Positions 62,596-64,000 of a DNA stretch of 64,000 bases are shown piece after piece. A program made the position numbers and the translations under genes. Under the pieces are notes generated by a model. That model was not told the origin of the DNA, ran no database searches, and was given only the letters and a program-made list of their open reading frames with translations. This DNA comes from Verrucomicrobiota bacterium (lineage in GTDB: Bacteria; Verrucomicrobiota; Verrucomicrobiia; Limisphaerales; UBA11358), in contig JAGWNY010000008.1 in NCBI GenBank assembly GCA_028872915.1, positions 2,165 through 66,164 of the forward strand. Reading direction: 5' to 3'. The first letter of the stretch is position 1, and each line of letters begins with the position of its first letter.

Positions 62596-63627
62596 ATGAA
62601 ACCGAAATCCTCGCTTTTCAACGCCCTTTCGCCCTCGCGCGTCCGCCGCCTTCTCGCCGCCGCCGCAAAAACCCGTGTGCTCGTCGCGGGCGACGTCATG
62701 CTCGACCAGTTCATGTGGGGCAGCGTCGTCCGTATTTCGCCGGAAGCACCGGTCCCAGTCGTTGATTTTCAAAGCGAAAGCTTCATGCCCGGCGGCGCCG
62801 CAAACGTCGCCCGCAACGCCGCCGCGCTCGCCGCCCGCGTCGAATTGTTCGGCGTCATCGGCGATGATTGGTCCGGCCGCCGTCTGAAGGAACTGTTGGC
62901 CGCGCGCAATATCGGCTGCGGCGGCCTGGCCGTAAATCCCGCCCGCCACACCAGCATGAAGACCCGCATCGTGGCGCATCGGCAGCAGATCGTGCGCGTT
63001 GATCGCGAATCCCGCGGCGACCTCCACGCCGCCCTGGCCGCCAAACTGCTCGCCCGCCTCAAAGCCGGCCTGGCCGGCGCGGACGCCGTCATTGTCGCTG
63101 ACTATGGGAAGGGCGTCGTGACACAGCCCCTCCTCAACGAATTGAAGTCGCTTTGCCGCGATCAGGGCATCTGGTTGAGTTTCGACCCCAAGCCCGTCCG
63201 CCATTTGAACCTCGCCGGCCTTTCCCTCGTCACTCCCAACCGCAAGGAAGCCTTTGAACTGGCCAATCTCGCCGATGAAACCCCCAACCCCAATCCCTTT
63301 GCCGACACCAACCTCTTGCTCGCCGCCGAACGTTTGCTGAACGAACTGCGCCCCGCCGTCCTGCTCATCACGCTTGGCGAACTGGGAATGTTGCTCTGCC
63401 AGCGCGGACAAAAACCCTTTCATATTCCCACCGTCGCCCGCGAGGTCTTCGACGTTTCCGGCGCCGGCGACACCGTCATCGCCACCTTCACCCTCGCCAT
63501 TGCCGCGGGCGCGTCGCCCATTGAAGCAGCCGTCCTTTCCAATCACGCCGCGGGAATCGTCGTCGGAAAATTTGGCACCGCAACCGCCACCAATGCCGAA
63601 TTGCTCGCCAGTTTCGCCGGCCAATGA
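62596..63627 (+). CDS. rfaE1: D-glycero-beta-D-manno-heptose-7-phosphate kinase (RfaE domain I, PfkB family)
   Basis: VLVAGDVMLDQFMWGSVVRISPEAPVPVV, PGGAANVARN and DVSGAGDTV. Confidence 0.9.
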   Translation: MKPKSSLFNALSPSRVRRLLAAAAKTRVLVAGDVMLDQFMWGSVVRISPEAPVPVVDFQSESFMPGGAANVARNAAALAARVELFGVIGDDWSGRRLKELLAARNIGCGGLAVNPARHTSMKTRIVAHRQQIVRVDRESRGDLHAALAAKLLARLKAGLAGADAVIVADYGKGVVTQPLLNELKSLCRDQGIWLSFDPKPVRHLNLAGLSLVTPNRKEAFELANLADETPNPNPFADTNLLLAAERLLNELRPAVLLITLGELGMLLCQRGQKPFHIPTVAREVFDVSGAGDTVIATFTLAIAAGASPIEAAVLSNHAAGIVVGKFGTATATNAELLASFAGQ

Positions 63628-64000
63628 CCAAAATTACCATCCAAACCATCCGCGACATGAAAGCCCGCGGCGAAAAAATCCCCGCCCTCACCGCCTACGA
63701 CTATCCCATGGCCCGCCTCCTCGACGCCGCCGGTATTCCCTTTTTGCTCGTCGGCGACTCCCTCGGTATGGTCGTTTTGGGCTACCCGGACACGACCCAT
63801 GTCACCATGTCCGAAATGGAGCATCATGTCCGCGCCGTCGCGCGCGCCCGCCCCGCGGCGCTCGTCGGCGCCGATTTGCCCTTCAAAAGTTGCGAAACCC
63901 CGGCGGCCGCCGTCGAAAATGCAAGGCGTCTCGTCAATGCCGGGGCCGAATTTGTAAAAATGGAAGGCGGGCTGGAAATGCTGCCGCAGGCCCGCGCCAT
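63624..64000 (+). CDS. panB: 3-methyl-2-oxobutanoate hydroxymethyltransferase PanB (5' partial, runs off the window)
   Basis: My own translation from the ATG at 63624 (overlapping the rfaE1 stop, ATGA) is MTKITIQTIRDMKARGEKIPALTAYDYPMARLLDAAGIPFLLVGDSLGMVVLGY...FVKMEGG. It is absent from the ORF track because no stop codon lies in the window. Confidence 0.9.
   Translation, partial: MTKITIQTIRDMKARGEKIPALTAYDYPMARLLDAAGIPFLLVGDSLGMVVLGYPDTTHVTMSEMEHHVRAVARARPAALVGADLPFKSCETPAAAVENARRLVNAGAEFVKMEGGLEMLPQARA

Overview
This is a high-GC chromosomal segment with about 55 protein-coding genes. I found no rRNA, tRNA, CRISPR array, transposase or integrase. The gene content points to a Verrucomicrobiota/PVC-type Gram-negative bacterium, which is an inference from these features: a Bat/MoxR aerotolerance-type operon, a PEP-CTERM protein ending VPDGG, GlgE, and scattered LPS-core and lipid A genes. 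Well-supported housekeeping genes are mnmA, purE, glnS, groES/groEL, dnaK, ruvB, an H+-pyrophosphatase, rpsU, accA, pgl, zwf, waaF, lpxK, thrH, feoAB, rho, glgE, rfaE1 and a partial panB. Most other long ORFs in the track are antisense shadow ORFs typical of high-GC DNA. Four accessory features stand out. (1) Two opposite-strand toxin-antitoxin cassettes (ParE/RelE-type and MazF/PemK-type) sit between moxR and the DUF58 gene. Each is bounded by a ~48-bp direct repeat that copies the DUF58 gene's own start codon and first 16 codons. (2) A low-GC three-gene operon lies between feoB and an NDK-like gene. It encodes a stand-alone ComEC-type metallo-beta-lactamase predicted nuclease and two proteins I cannot assign. 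I treat it as a candidate uncharacterised defence or DNA-processing system. (3) An AbiEii-type nucleotidyltransferase module is wedged between dnaK and groES. (4) A family of 9-bp ACAGGATGR repeats flanks a PIN toxin-antitoxin module and recurs in other intergenic regions. All calls come from reading the translations and the DNA; no database search was run.
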